Shown here piece by piece: positions 1-8,811 of a stretch of DNA of 32,000 nt. The notes beneath the pieces were generated by a model, which was not told the DNA's origin, made no database searches, and saw only the letters and a program-made list of their open reading frames with translations. This DNA is from Faecalibaculum rodentium. GTDB lineage: Bacteria; Bacillota_I; Bacilli_A; Erysipelotrichales; Erysipelotrichaceae. Each line of letters starts with the position of its first letter. Positions within the stretch are counted from its first letter, which is position 1. Position numbers and translations under genes: made by a program. The stretch lies in assembly GCF_001564455.1 (NCBI RefSeq), contig NZ_CP011391.1, positions 30,001 through 62,000 on the forward strand, in the 5' to 3' direction.

Positions 1-540
1 CTGAAGTGCTGCCTGCGGTTTGAAAATGACCTGTATACCCGCATGCGCCGCAATCTGCCCCGGATCAACTCCCAGCTTGTATTCGAAGGAACCCGCTATC
101 GTCTGTCTTCCATGAACCTGCTGCAGCAGCAGGCAAAGCTGGAAAACAGGGAAGAAGTGAAGTTTGTGGACTTTGATACGCTGTGGCCGGACCGGGAAGA
201 CCGGGAGCCGGGTGCAGACGGGGCTGCCGTGAAAGTAACCGGTGACCGGCAGCAGGCAAACAGCCCGGCTGCACCCGCAGTCGAACCGGGATTGCAGACA
301 GTACACCGCGAACGGATGTCAGAAGAAACCGGCAGCCGCAGCCGGGAGAGCCGCGTGCGTGAAGGGCGGGAATTGCGCGAGAGCGGAAAACCAAGAAAAC
401 AGATGCCGGACTCCACAGGCACCGGACGTGAACGCAAAAAGGGAAAATCCGGTGGGGGACGCCGGGATCCGCGGGCCGGAGGCACCAGAAACCGCCGGGC
501 GGAGAAACAGGAAAAGTCAGGGAAAGAGGACAAGCGGTGA
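1..540 (+). CDS. PSP1/RicT(YaaT)-like protein, C-terminal part (5' end outside window) with long R/E/G/K-rich tail
   Basis: Frame-1 translation from nt 1 reads LKCCLRFENDLYTRMRRNLPRINSQLVFEGTRYRL, which resembles the C-terminal core of PSP1-domain proteins. A yaaT-like gene upstream of rsmI matches Bacillota synteny. The stop overlaps the rsmI GTG (GTGA at 537-540). The last ~115 aa are low-complexity and charged. Confidence 0.6.
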   Translation: MKCCLRFENDLYTRMRRNLPRINSQLVFEGTRYRLSSMNLLQQQAKLENREEVKFVDFDTLWPDREDREPGADGAAVKVTGDRQQANSPAAPAVEPGLQTVHRERMSEETGSRSRESRVREGRELRESGKPRKQMPDSTGTGRERKKGKSGGGRRDPRAGGTRNRRAEKQEKSGKEDKR

Positions 541-1418
541 ACAGGCAGAAAAGCTTTGAACAGGACGGTCCGGCCCTGCTGCTCATCCCTTCTCCCATCG
601 GCAATTTGTCGGAGATCTCCGACCGTGTCCGGGAAGCCATAGAGTCCTGTGATGTGATTGCCTGTGAAGATACCAGGAATACCGGAAAGCTGCTGTCTCT
701 GCTGGGATTCCGGAAACCCCTGATCAGCCACCATGAACACAACCAGAGTGTCAGCATTCCGAAGATCCTGGAAGAACTGTCTTCGGGGCACAAAGTGGGG
801 GTCATGAGCGATGCGGGGTATCCCGTGATCTCGGATCCCGGGCAGAACCTGGTGCGGGCAGCCACAGAGAAAAACTGGCCGGTCATTTCCTTTTCCGGCC
901 CCAATGCAGCCATCAATGCCCTCGTTGCCTCCGGTCTGGATGCACGGCACTACCTGTTTTATGGATTTCTCGATGCGAAATCCGGGAAACGGAAAAAAGA
1001 GCTTGAAGAGCTCCGGACGGTTCCATGGACACTGGTATTCTATGAAGCCCCCCATCGGATTGTCGACACCCTGGAGGACATGGTGGAAGTGTTTGGTGAC
1101 AGACCTGCCTGTCTGGCGCGGGAACTCACAAAGAAATTCGAAGAGTATCTCCGGGGGACTCTGCAGGAGCTGCTGTCGGCGGCCGGAGACGGATTGAAGG
1201 GGGAAATGGTGCTGGTCGTGGCAGGCTGCGAGCCGGAACAAGTCAGTACGGAAGCAGCCATCACCAGGGTCATGGCCCTGACGGCACAGGGAATGAAGCA
1301 GAAGGCAGCGGCAAAACAGGTGGCGGCTGAAACCGGGCTGTCTGCCAATGAACTGTATCGTCTGCTCCTGCAGCGTCCAAAGCCCGGTGAAGAGGATACA
1401 GAGATACCCAATCGGTGA
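537..1418 (+). CDS. rsmI: 16S rRNA (cytidine1402-2'-O)-methyltransferase
   Basis: 293-aa ORF. The N-terminus LLLIPSPIGNLSEISDRVREAIESCDVIACEDTRNTGKLL and FYEAPHRI are typical of the RsmI/tetrapyrrole-methylase fold. Confidence 0.9.
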   Translation: MNRQKSFEQDGPALLLIPSPIGNLSEISDRVREAIESCDVIACEDTRNTGKLLSLLGFRKPLISHHEHNQSVSIPKILEELSSGHKVGVMSDAGYPVISDPGQNLVRAATEKNWPVISFSGPNAAINALVASGLDARHYLFYGFLDAKSGKRKKELEELRTVPWTLVFYEAPHRIVDTLEDMVEVFGDRPACLARELTKKFEEYLRGTLQELLSAAGDGLKGEMVLVVAGCEPEQVSTEAAITRVMALTAQGMKQKAAAKQVAAETGLSANELYRLLLQRPKPGEEDTEIPNR

Positions 1419-1432
1419 CAAGGAAATAGAGA

Positions 1433-1461
1433 TTGTCAATTCCAATGACCTGCGGTAATAT
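1433..1461 (+). promoter_or_regulatory. Putative sigma-A promoter of the pur operon
   Basis: TTGTCA (1433-1438), 17-nt spacer, TAATAT (1456-1461). Lies in the rsmI-purE gap. Confidence 0.45.
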
Positions 1462-1548
1462 GACTCATAGGGGAAATCCCCGCTTTTGGAGGGTCTGGTT
1501 ATGGTCTTAACGAGATTGACGACAGAAGATACTGCAGAAGTCTTTTTC

Positions 1549-1577
1549 AGCGTACCTGAAACACGGTGCGCTTTTTT
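1549..1577 (+). terminator. Leader intrinsic terminator (attenuator) upstream of purE
   Basis: Stem GCGTACC (1550-1556) pairs with GGTGCGC (1565-1571) as 7 bp including one G-U. The loop is 8 nt and is followed by T6 (1572-1577). It sits between the putative promoter and the SD-supported purE start at 1605. Confidence 0.55.
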
Positions 1578-1604
1578 CGTCCTGATGACAAAAGAAAGGA
1601 AACG

Positions 1605-2096
1605 GTGAGTCCTGTGAAACATTCCGTCCTGATCGTAATGGGGTCGCGGTCCGACCTGCCGCAGATGGAATCCTGCATGGAGATGCTGACAACATTCGGC
1701 ATCCCCTTTGAAGTCCGCATTCTGAGTGCCCACCGCACGCCCGAAGCCGTACTGGCACTGTCCAAAACAGCTGTCGACACTGGTGTGGCGGTGATCATTG
1801 CCGCCGCAGGAGGAGCCGCACATCTGGCCGGTGTACTGGCAAGCTCGACACCGCTGCCGGTCATTGGCGTTCCCATGGAAACCAAAGTCTCCGGCGGTCT
1901 GGATTCTTTGCTTTCCACCGTGCAGATGCCCGGGGGTGTGCCGGTGGCCACAGTCGCCATTGGCAAGGCGGGATCCAAAAATGCCGCCATCCTCGCTGCC
2001 CAGATCATCGGCGTTGCAGATGCTGAAGTGCAGCAGAAAGTGGTGCAGTTCAAGAAAGACCAGGCTGAAACGGTCCTGGCAGGATCGAGGCTCTGA
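1605..2096 (+). CDS. purE: N5-carboxyaminoimidazole ribonucleotide mutase (PurE)
   Basis: VLIVMGSRSDLPQM...RILSAHRTPE...AAGGAAHLAGVLAS are PurE hallmarks. GTG at 1605 is preceded by AAAGGAAA. The track start at 1566 lies inside the leader terminator stem, so it is disfavoured. Stop TGA overlaps the purL ATG (TGATG). Confidence 0.9.
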   Translation: MSPVKHSVLIVMGSRSDLPQMESCMEMLTTFGIPFEVRILSAHRTPEAVLALSKTAVDTGVAVIIAAAGGAAHLAGVLASSTPLPVIGVPMETKVSGGLDSLLSTVQMPGGVPVATVAIGKAGSKNAAILAAQIIGVADAEVQQKVVQFKKDQAETVLAGSRL

Positions 2097-5000
2097 TGAA
2101 TACACGAATTTTTGTCCGCAAGAAACCCGGGTTCCGTGTCGAAAGCCGTTCCCTGGAGGATGAACTCCGTCAGTCCCTGAATCTGCCGGAGGAGTTCCGT
2201 CTGCTGAAATACAACATTTATGACATCTTCGGAGCCGATGAAGAAGAAGTGTCGCTGCTGAAACAGCATGTGCTGGCGGAAGCCGTGACGGATGAAATTG
2301 CCGAACCGGAGGGCGAAGACATGATTGCCTTTGAATTCCTCCCCGGTCAGTACGACCAGCGGGCGGATTCTGCCATGCAGTGCCTGATGCTGCTTTCCGG
2401 CCGGAAACCTGCTGTGATCCGCAGCGGCACCCTGCTGGAGATGGAAAACGTGACAGAGGCTCAGAAAGAAGCCATTGCTGCCTACGTGATCAACCCTGTT
2501 GAATCCCGCCGGAAGGACCTCACGGTCCTGGACAACGACCAGGATGTGCAGGTGGAGCCGGTTCCTGTCATTGAAGAATTCACCGGCATGGATGAACAGG
2601 CTCTGACTGCCCTGCATGACAGACTGGGGCTAGCCATGAGCCTGGAGGACCTGGCGTTTGTGCAGGGCCATTTCCGGGACGATGAACACCGGGATCCCAC
2701 CATGACGGAGATCCGGGTGCTGGATACCTACTGGTCCGATCACTGCCGTCACACCACATTTGAAACCGTCCTGGAAGATGTGGTCTTTGAAAAGAACCGC
2801 CTGCACAAACGTCTCCAGGAGGCGTATGAAAACTATCTGGACCTCCGGAACAAAGTCCATGGAGGCAGGAAAGAATCCACCCTGATGGACATGGCCAGTC
2901 TCGTGGGCAAGTACATGCGAAAGACCGGCCAGCTGGAAGACCTGGAGGTGTCGGATGAAATCAACGCCTGCAGCATCGAAATCACCGTGGATGAGGATGG
3001 AGTGAACACGCCCTGGCTGCTGATGTTCAAGAACGAGACACACAACCATCCCACGGAAATCGAGCCCTTCGGCGGGGCCGCCACCTGCATCGGGGGCGCG
3101 ATCCGGGATCCGCTGTCCGGCCGCAGCTATGTGTACCAGGCCATGCGGATCACAGGTGCCGGCGACATCAACCGGCCTGTGAGCGAGACCATGGAGCACA
3201 AGCTGCCACAGTCGAAGATTTCCCGGACTGCTGCCCGCGGTTACTCTTCCTATGGCAACCAGATCGGCCTACCCACCACCTTCGTGGAGGAAATCTATGA
3301 CGACGGCTACACAGCCAAGCGGATGGAAGTCGGGGCCGTGATCGGTGCTGCCCCGAAATCCCATGTGAAGCGGGAAAAACCGCAGCCCGGAGACTTTGTG
3401 GTTCTGATTGGCGGGGCCACAGGCCGCGACGGCATCGGGGGTGCCACCGGATCCAGCAAGGAGCACACAGACACCAGCCTCGAGAAGTGCTCCTCCGAGG
3501 TGCAGAAGGGCAACGCGCTGACAGAACGCAAGCTCCAGCGCCTGTTCCGGAACCCGGAGGTGACCAGGCGCATCCGCAAGGCCAACGACTTTGGTGCCGG
3601 CGGTGTCTCCGTGGCCATTGGCGAACTCGCGGACGGCCTGGTGATCGACCTGGATGCCGTGCCGGTGAAGTATGAAGGACTGGACGGCACGGAACTGGCA
3701 ATTTCCGAAAGCCAGGAACGAATGGCGGCGGTCATTCCCGCAGAGGAATTCGAAGCCTTCCGGGAACTGTGCCGTCAGGAAAACCTGGACTGTGTCCAGA
3801 CAGCTGTGGTGACAGAAGAACCACGTCTTGTGATGAACTGGCGCGGCAAGACAATCGTGGATCTGCCACGGGCATTTCTGGATACCAATGGCGTCCGGCA
3901 GCACCAGAAAGTGGTGGTCACTGCCTCGGACTATGATGACGATCCCTTTGCACCCGCCAGGGAAACGACCCTGACAGAGGTCCTGAAGCGGCCGGATGTG
4001 GCCTGCCAGATCGGTCTTGCCGAGATGTTCGACGGATCCATCGGCAAGTCCACGGTTCTGATGCCCTTTGGCGGCAGGAAACAGCTGACGCCGGAGGAAG
4101 GCAGCGTACAGAAGCTGCCGGTGGACGGGTTCACGAACACAGTCAGTGCCATGACTTTCGGCTTTGATCCTGTGGTGGCGAAATGCTCCCCGTATCTGGG
4201 CGCGGCCTATTCGGTCGTGGCAGCCCTGGCCCGTCAGGCGGCCCTGGGCATGGATCCCCTCAGCGCACGGCTATCCAACCAGGAGTACTTCGAGCGGCTG
4301 GGAAAAGATCCCGTGAAATGGGGACGGCCTCTGGAAGCCATGCTGGGTCTGATCGACGCACAGATGGCCTTCGGCACCCCATCCATTGGCGGCAAAGACT
4401 CCATGTCCGGCACCTTCAATGACATTCATGTGCCGCCCACGGTGATCACCTTCGCCGTGACAACCGGTCAGGCCGATGAGGTGAAGCCGGCAGAATTTGC
4501 CGGAGCCGGTCATGACCTGTACCTGCTGGCGCACAGGCCGCTGGCAGACGGCAGTCCGGATTATGAACAGCTGAAAGACAGTTTCCGTGCATTGCGTCAG
4601 GCGGCACCGAAGGTCCTGGCCGCCCGGTCTGTCAACAATGGCGGGATCGCAGCGGCTCTGGCCAAAATGGCGTTTGGAAACTGGATCGGTGCGGATGTGA
4701 CTGTTGACGATCCCTGGGGATTTGGCATCGGTTCCGTGATCGTGGAAGCCTCTGAACCACTGGAGGATGGACGGTTTGAAAAAATCGGGCAGACCACAGC
4801 GGATGAGACAGTCACCATCAACGGACAGACAACGGCTCTGCAGGATGCCTTTGACGCCTGGACATCCACATATGAAGGCCTGTATCCGAGAAAGGCAGCG
4901 GATGGAGAAGGCCAGCCTGCTGCAGACCTGGTCCAGGGAGAAAAGCAGTATGCCGGAACCAGGGTGGAAAAGCCGCAGGTGCTGATTCCCGTATTCCCGG

Positions 5001-5791
5001 GACAGAACTGCGAACTGGACACCGCCAGGCGATTTGAACGTGCCGGCGCACAGGTGAAGCAGTTTGTCCTCAATGACCGCACGCCCGAGGCACTGAATGA
5101 AAGTGTGGATCAGCTGGCAGACGAAATCCGCAAGGCGCAGATCCTGATGATTGTCGGGGGGTTCTCGGCGGGGGACGAACCGGATGGATCGGGAAAATTC
5201 ATTGCGAATGTATTGAAAAACCCGAAAATCGCAGCTGCCGTGGAGGCGATGCGAAAGGAAAACGACGGGCTGATCCTGGGAATCTGCAACGGGTTCCAGG
5301 CTTTGATCAAGTCAGGCCTGCTTCCGGGCGGTGACAGGCTGCAGGGGAAGGATGCCCCGACGCTGTTCCGCAACGACATCGACCGCCATGTGTCCAGGAT
5401 CGCCAGGACACGGATCACCAGCACAAAGTCTCCCTGGCTGCAGGACTTCAAACCGGGTCAGGTGCATTCAGTGGCTTTCTCCCATGGAGAGGGCAAGTTC
5501 GTGGCAGATGAAGAGACCCTGAAGCAGCTGGCGGCCAGCGGGCAGATTGCCACACAGTATGTGGATGATACAGGGAAACCCAGCATGATGGGGGAAGACA
5601 ACATCAACGGATCGGCCTGGGCTGTGGAAGGCATCACCAGCGAAGACGGCCGGGTACTGGGCAAAATGGGTCACAGCGAGCGCTGGGAAGAGGGCCTGTT
5701 CATCAACATTGACGGGGACAAAGACCAGGACATCTTTGCATCCGGTGTCCGGTTCTTCACCCGCAACCCCCTGCCGGACGAGAACACATGA
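2096..5791 (+). CDS. purL: Phosphoribosylformylglycinamidine synthase, single-chain large form
   Basis: 1231-aa ORF. Contains DTYWSDHCRHTTF and ETHNHPTEIEPFGGAATCIGGAIRD (FGAM synthetase core). The C-terminal glutaminase has LGICNGFQAL (nucleophile Cys) and MGHSER. Confidence 0.95.
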   Translation: MNTRIFVRKKPGFRVESRSLEDELRQSLNLPEEFRLLKYNIYDIFGADEEEVSLLKQHVLAEAVTDEIAEPEGEDMIAFEFLPGQYDQRADSAMQCLMLLSGRKPAVIRSGTLLEMENVTEAQKEAIAAYVINPVESRRKDLTVLDNDQDVQVEPVPVIEEFTGMDEQALTALHDRLGLAMSLEDLAFVQGHFRDDEHRDPTMTEIRVLDTYWSDHCRHTTFETVLEDVVFEKNRLHKRLQEAYENYLDLRNKVHGGRKESTLMDMASLVGKYMRKTGQLEDLEVSDEINACSIEITVDEDGVNTPWLLMFKNETHNHPTEIEPFGGAATCIGGAIRDPLSGRSYVYQAMRITGAGDINRPVSETMEHKLPQSKISRTAARGYSSYGNQIGLPTTFVEEIYDDGYTAKRMEVGAVIGAAPKSHVKREKPQPGDFVVLIGGATGRDGIGGATGSSKEHTDTSLEKCSSEVQKGNALTERKLQRLFRNPEVTRRIRKANDFGAGGVSVAIGELADGLVIDLDAVPVKYEGLDGTELAISESQERMAAVIPAEEFEAFRELCRQENLDCVQTAVVTEEPRLVMNWRGKTIVDLPRAFLDTNGVRQHQKVVVTASDYDDDPFAPARETTLTEVLKRPDVACQIGLAEMFDGSIGKSTVLMPFGGRKQLTPEEGSVQKLPVDGFTNTVSAMTFGFDPVVAKCSPYLGAAYSVVAALARQAALGMDPLSARLSNQEYFERLGKDPVKWGRPLEAMLGLIDAQMAFGTPSIGGKDSMSGTFNDIHVPPTVITFAVTTGQADEVKPAEFAGAGHDLYLLAHRPLADGSPDYEQLKDSFRALRQAAPKVLAARSVNNGGIAAALAKMAFGNWIGADVTVDDPWGFGIGSVIVEASEPLEDGRFEKIGQTTADETVTINGQTTALQDAFDAWTSTYEGLYPRKAADGEGQPAADLVQGEKQYAGTRVEKPQVLIPVFPGQNCELDTARRFERAGAQVKQFVLNDRTPEALNESVDQLADEIRKAQILMIVGGFSAGDEPDGSGKFIANVLKNPKIAAAVEAMRKENDGLILGICNGFQALIKSGLLPGGDRLQGKDAPTLFRNDIDRHVSRIARTRITSTKSPWLQDFKPGQVHSVAFSHGEGKFVADEETLKQLAASGQIATQYVDDTGKPSMMGEDNINGSAWAVEGITSEDGRVLGKMGHSERWEEGLFINIDGDKDQDIFASGVRFFTRNPLPDENT

Positions 5792-7173
5792 GCCGCGAAA
5801 TCCTGCAGGATATGGCGGGAATCGCAGGTCTGTTCAATGTCCCGCACGCCGCGGCTGACTGCGCCCTGCTGCTCCATGGACTGCAGCATCGCGGGCAGGA
5901 TGGTGTGGGAATTGCGGTCACCGACGGGGAAACCCTGCGCTGTTACAAGCGGCGGGGTCTCCTGTCGGAACTGCTGAAGGCCGAACCCGTACAGGAAAGC
6001 CCCGGCACTGCTGCCATTGGCCAGGTGCGCCTTCGTCTGGAACAGGACAGGATGGATGAGAATCTTCAGCCGGTCATGGTCCGCGCCTATCAGGGGCACT
6101 TCGCCATTGTATCCACGGGCATGATTGAAAATGCGGCTGCTCTGCGCGAATCCATGGAAAATCAGGGTCTGATTTTTCAGGGACTGTCGGATGCGGAGGT
6201 CATTGCCCATCTCATACAGAGGGAATCGGGGCACCTGTTTGAAAAAATCACCCGTGCCTGCCGGCAGATGCAGGGATCCTGGACGTTTCTGCTTATGACC
6301 AAAAGCACATTGTATGCCATGCGGAGTGTGGAAGGCGCGAGGTCCCTGTTTGTGGCGGATGTCCCGTCAGCGCCCGGAGGAAAGGCTTTTGCGACGGAAT
6401 CCGGAGCCCTGTCGATTCTTGGAGCCGAACACATCCGGGAGCTGGAGCCCGGGGAACTTCTCAGGTTCGGCAAAGGCAGCGAAGGCCGCTGGCTGCTCCC
6501 GGCAGACGGCCCCTGTCTTGGTCCCTGTGCGATGGAATATGTCTATTTTTCCAGACCGGATTCTGTTCTTTCCGGCCGCGGGGTGCTCGGTGCGCGCAAG
6601 GCGTTCGGCCGTGCCCTGGCACAGGGAGAAACGGAGACGGCGGATATGGTGATCGGTGTGCCGGATACGGCCATTGATGCAGCGGCTGCCTTTGCGAGGG
6701 AACTCAACATTCCCTATGAAACCGGTCTGATCAAAAACCGGTACATCGGTTCGACATTCATTCGCCCCACGCGGATGCAGAGAGAACAGGGAATGCGGGT
6801 GCGGCTGAACGCCATTTCGTCGGTGGTGGCGGGCAAAGAGGTGTTTCTGGTGGATGATTCCATTGTGCGGGGAAGCACGGCGGCAAGGATCTGCCAGCTG
6901 CTGCGGGAAGCAGGGGCTGCAAAGATCCATGTCCGGATTGCAGCTCCTGTGATCTGCACTGAATGCACGAAGGGAGCCGAAAGCAGCCGCAAAGAGGAGC
7001 TGGCCGGCGCCAGGTGGACAGAAGAAGAACTGAAAGAAAAAATCCGGGCGGATTCTGTCCGGTTTCTGACCAGGGAGGAGTTCTCCCGGGCTCTGGGCAT
7101 CAGAGCATGCCGCGCCTGCTTTGGCTGCGGTGAAGAGACACGAAAGGATGAAGAAAATGGCAGAACAGTATGA
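5788..7173 (+). CDS. purF: Amidophosphoribosyltransferase homologue with substituted glutaminase catalytic residues
   Basis: Collinear with PurF: [61 protein letters not shown] (PRPP loop), CRACFGCG. The position of the Ntn nucleophile reads M-A-G-I-A-G instead of C-G-(I/V)-x-G. The HNGN motif reads STGM. ATGA overlap with the purL stop. Confidence 0.8.
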   Translation: MSREILQDMAGIAGLFNVPHAAADCALLLHGLQHRGQDGVGIAVTDGETLRCYKRRGLLSELLKAEPVQESPGTAAIGQVRLRLEQDRMDENLQPVMVRAYQGHFAIVSTGMIENAAALRESMENQGLIFQGLSDAEVIAHLIQRESGHLFEKITRACRQMQGSWTFLLMTKSTLYAMRSVEGARSLFVADVPSAPGGKAFATESGALSILGAEHIRELEPGELLRFGKGSEGRWLLPADGPCLGPCAMEYVYFSRPDSVLSGRGVLGARKAFGRALAQGETETADMVIGVPDTAIDAAAAFARELNIPYETGLIKNRYIGSTFIRPTRMQREQGMRVRLNAISSVVAGKEVFLVDDSIVRGSTAARICQLLREAGAAKIHVRIAAPVICTECTKGAESSRKEELAGARWTEEELKEKIRADSVRFLTREEFSRALGIRACRACFGCGEETRKDEENGRTV

Positions 7174-8185
7174 AAAAGCCGGTGTGAGTCTGGAAGCCGG
7201 CTATGAATCCGTGCGGCGGATCCGCAGTCATGTCGACAGAACCAGAATCAGGGGAGCACAGGATTCCATCGGGGCCTTCGGGGGATTGTTTGATCTTTCC
7301 TGCTACGGAATGAAGGAACCGGTGCTGGTTTCCGGCACAGATGGCGTCGGAACCAAGCTTCTGATTGCCTTTGCCATGGACAAACATGACACCATTGGCA
7401 TCGACGCTGTGGCCATGTGTGTCAATGATGTGCTCGTGCAGGGTGCCCGGCCGCTGTTTTTCCTGGATTACATTGCGGTGGGAAAGAACCACCCGGAAGT
7501 GATCGAGCAGATCGTCAAGGGTGTGGCAGATGGCTGTGTCGACGCACAGTGTGCCCTGATTGGCGGCGAGACCGCGGAAATGCCGGACATGTATGATGTG
7601 CATCACTATGATGTAGCCGGATTCTGTGTGGGAGCGGCGGACAAAAAAGATATTCGTACCGGAGAACACATTGCGGACGGTGATGTGCTGATCGGCCTGC
7701 CATCCACCGGTGTGCACTCCAACGGTTTTTCCCTGGTCCGCAAGGTTCTGTTCAAGGATGCCAAACTGGATCCTCACCAGAAGATGGAGGAACTGGATGG
7801 CCGTGAACTGGGAGAGGTGCTGCTGACTCCCACCAGGATCTATGTCCGTCCGGTCCTGAAGGTTCTGGAGGAAATTGATGTGCACGGCATGTCTCACATT
7901 ACCGGAGGCGGATTCTTTGAGAACATTCCCCGGATGCTGAAGGATGGACAGGGTGTGCGGATCGAAAAGGACAGCTTCCCGCGGCCGGAGATTTTCGATG
8001 TCATTGCCAAATACGGCAGCATCGACGAAGAGGAAATGTACAACGTCTTCAACATGGGCATCGGCTTCATCATGGCGGTGAAACCTGAAGACGCCGCCCG
8101 GACGCAGCAGATCCTGGCGGATATGGGTGAAACCAGTTACGTCATCGGCGAGGTCACGGAATCCGGGAAGGTAGAAATCGAATGA
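7157..8185 (+). CDS. purM: Phosphoribosylformylglycinamidine cyclo-ligase (AIR synthetase)
   Basis: Contains [30 protein letters not shown] and HITGGGF. ATG at 7157 follows GAAAGGA (7142-7148). In-frame alternatives are 7148 and the track start 7121, which would overlap purF more deeply. Confidence 0.9.
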   Translation: MAEQYEKAGVSLEAGYESVRRIRSHVDRTRIRGAQDSIGAFGGLFDLSCYGMKEPVLVSGTDGVGTKLLIAFAMDKHDTIGIDAVAMCVNDVLVQGARPLFFLDYIAVGKNHPEVIEQIVKGVADGCVDAQCALIGGETAEMPDMYDVHHYDVAGFCVGAADKKDIRTGEHIADGDVLIGLPSTGVHSNGFSLVRKVLFKDAKLDPHQKMEELDGRELGEVLLTPTRIYVRPVLKVLEEIDVHGMSHITGGGFFENIPRMLKDGQGVRIEKDSFPRPEIFDVIAKYGSIDEEEMYNVFNMGIGFIMAVKPEDAARTQQILADMGETSYVIGEVTESGKVEIE

Positions 8186-8754
8186 CGAAACGGGCGGCTG
8201 TCTTTGTCTCCGGCAGCGGCACAAATCTGGAGGCGCTGCTGAAAAGGCAGGAAGCCGGTGATCTGGAGGCACAGATCGTCACTGTGATCAGCGACCGGCC
8301 TGATGCCTTTGGCCTGACAAGAGCGAGAGACCATGGCATTTCCTCGCATTACGTTCAGGCAAAGGGGCGGGACAAGAAGGACTACGAGTCGGAGGTCCTG
8401 GACATTCTCCGCAGAGCGGAGGTCGAACTGATCATTCTGGCCGGCTATATGCGGTTTGTCGGCCCCACACTGCTGGCGGCTTACCCGAATGCCATCATCA
8501 ACATTCACCCGGCGTATCTGCCGGAATTTCCGGGGGCACACGGGATCCTGGATGCCTGGAATGCGGGCGTGAAGGAAACCGGTGTGACGGTTCATTATGT
8601 GGATGAAGGCGTGGATACCGGACCGGTGATTCTGCAGGAGCGGGTACCGGTGCCGGAAAGCGGCGGACTGGAGGCTCTGGAAGCCGCGGTCCATGCAAAG
8701 GAATACGATCTGTTCTGGCGGGCGGTGAACCAGGCTGTCCATGATCAGGACTGA
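8182..8754 (+). CDS. purN: Phosphoribosylglycinamide formyltransferase
   Basis: Contains [36 protein letters not shown] and [15 protein letters not shown] overlap with the purM stop. Confidence 0.9.
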   Translation: MTKRAAVFVSGSGTNLEALLKRQEAGDLEAQIVTVISDRPDAFGLTRARDHGISSHYVQAKGRDKKDYESEVLDILRRAEVELIILAGYMRFVGPTLLAAYPNAIINIHPAYLPEFPGAHGILDAWNAGVKETGVTVHYVDEGVDTGPVILQERVPVPESGGLEALEAAVHAKEYDLFWRAVNQAVHDQD

Positions 8755-8811
8755 GTGGCGGGTGTCTGCACAGCTGGAACAGACAGGAAACAACAAGGAA
8801 AGGAATCAGGT

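Noticed and set aside
1460-1580. Assignment of the pur leader to the purine, ZTP (pfl) or PRPP/ykkC riboswitch classes, or to a PurR PurBox
   Set aside because: ACTCATA at the start resembles the xpt P1, but the conserved junction and loop cores of each class could not be found by eye, and no CCGAAC PurBox is present. It is reported only as an unclassified attenuator.
96-2105. 669-aa minus-strand ORF, the longest in this region of the track, plus the overlapping ORFs 65-916 (-) and 1547-2617 (-)
   Set aside because: It is antisense to rsmI and purE, which have unmistakable family motifs on the plus strand. Its translation is Cys/Arg/His/Gly-rich low complexity with no recognisable domain. 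This is typical of stop-poor antisense frames in GC-rich DNA.
7100-8272. 390-aa minus-strand ORF opposite purM. Similar long antisense ORFs lie opposite purH (8806-9531, 9853-10341), purL (2630-3199, 3269-3904) and purF (6367-6930).
   Set aside because: All lie fully inside strongly supported plus-strand pur genes and show no protein-like motifs.
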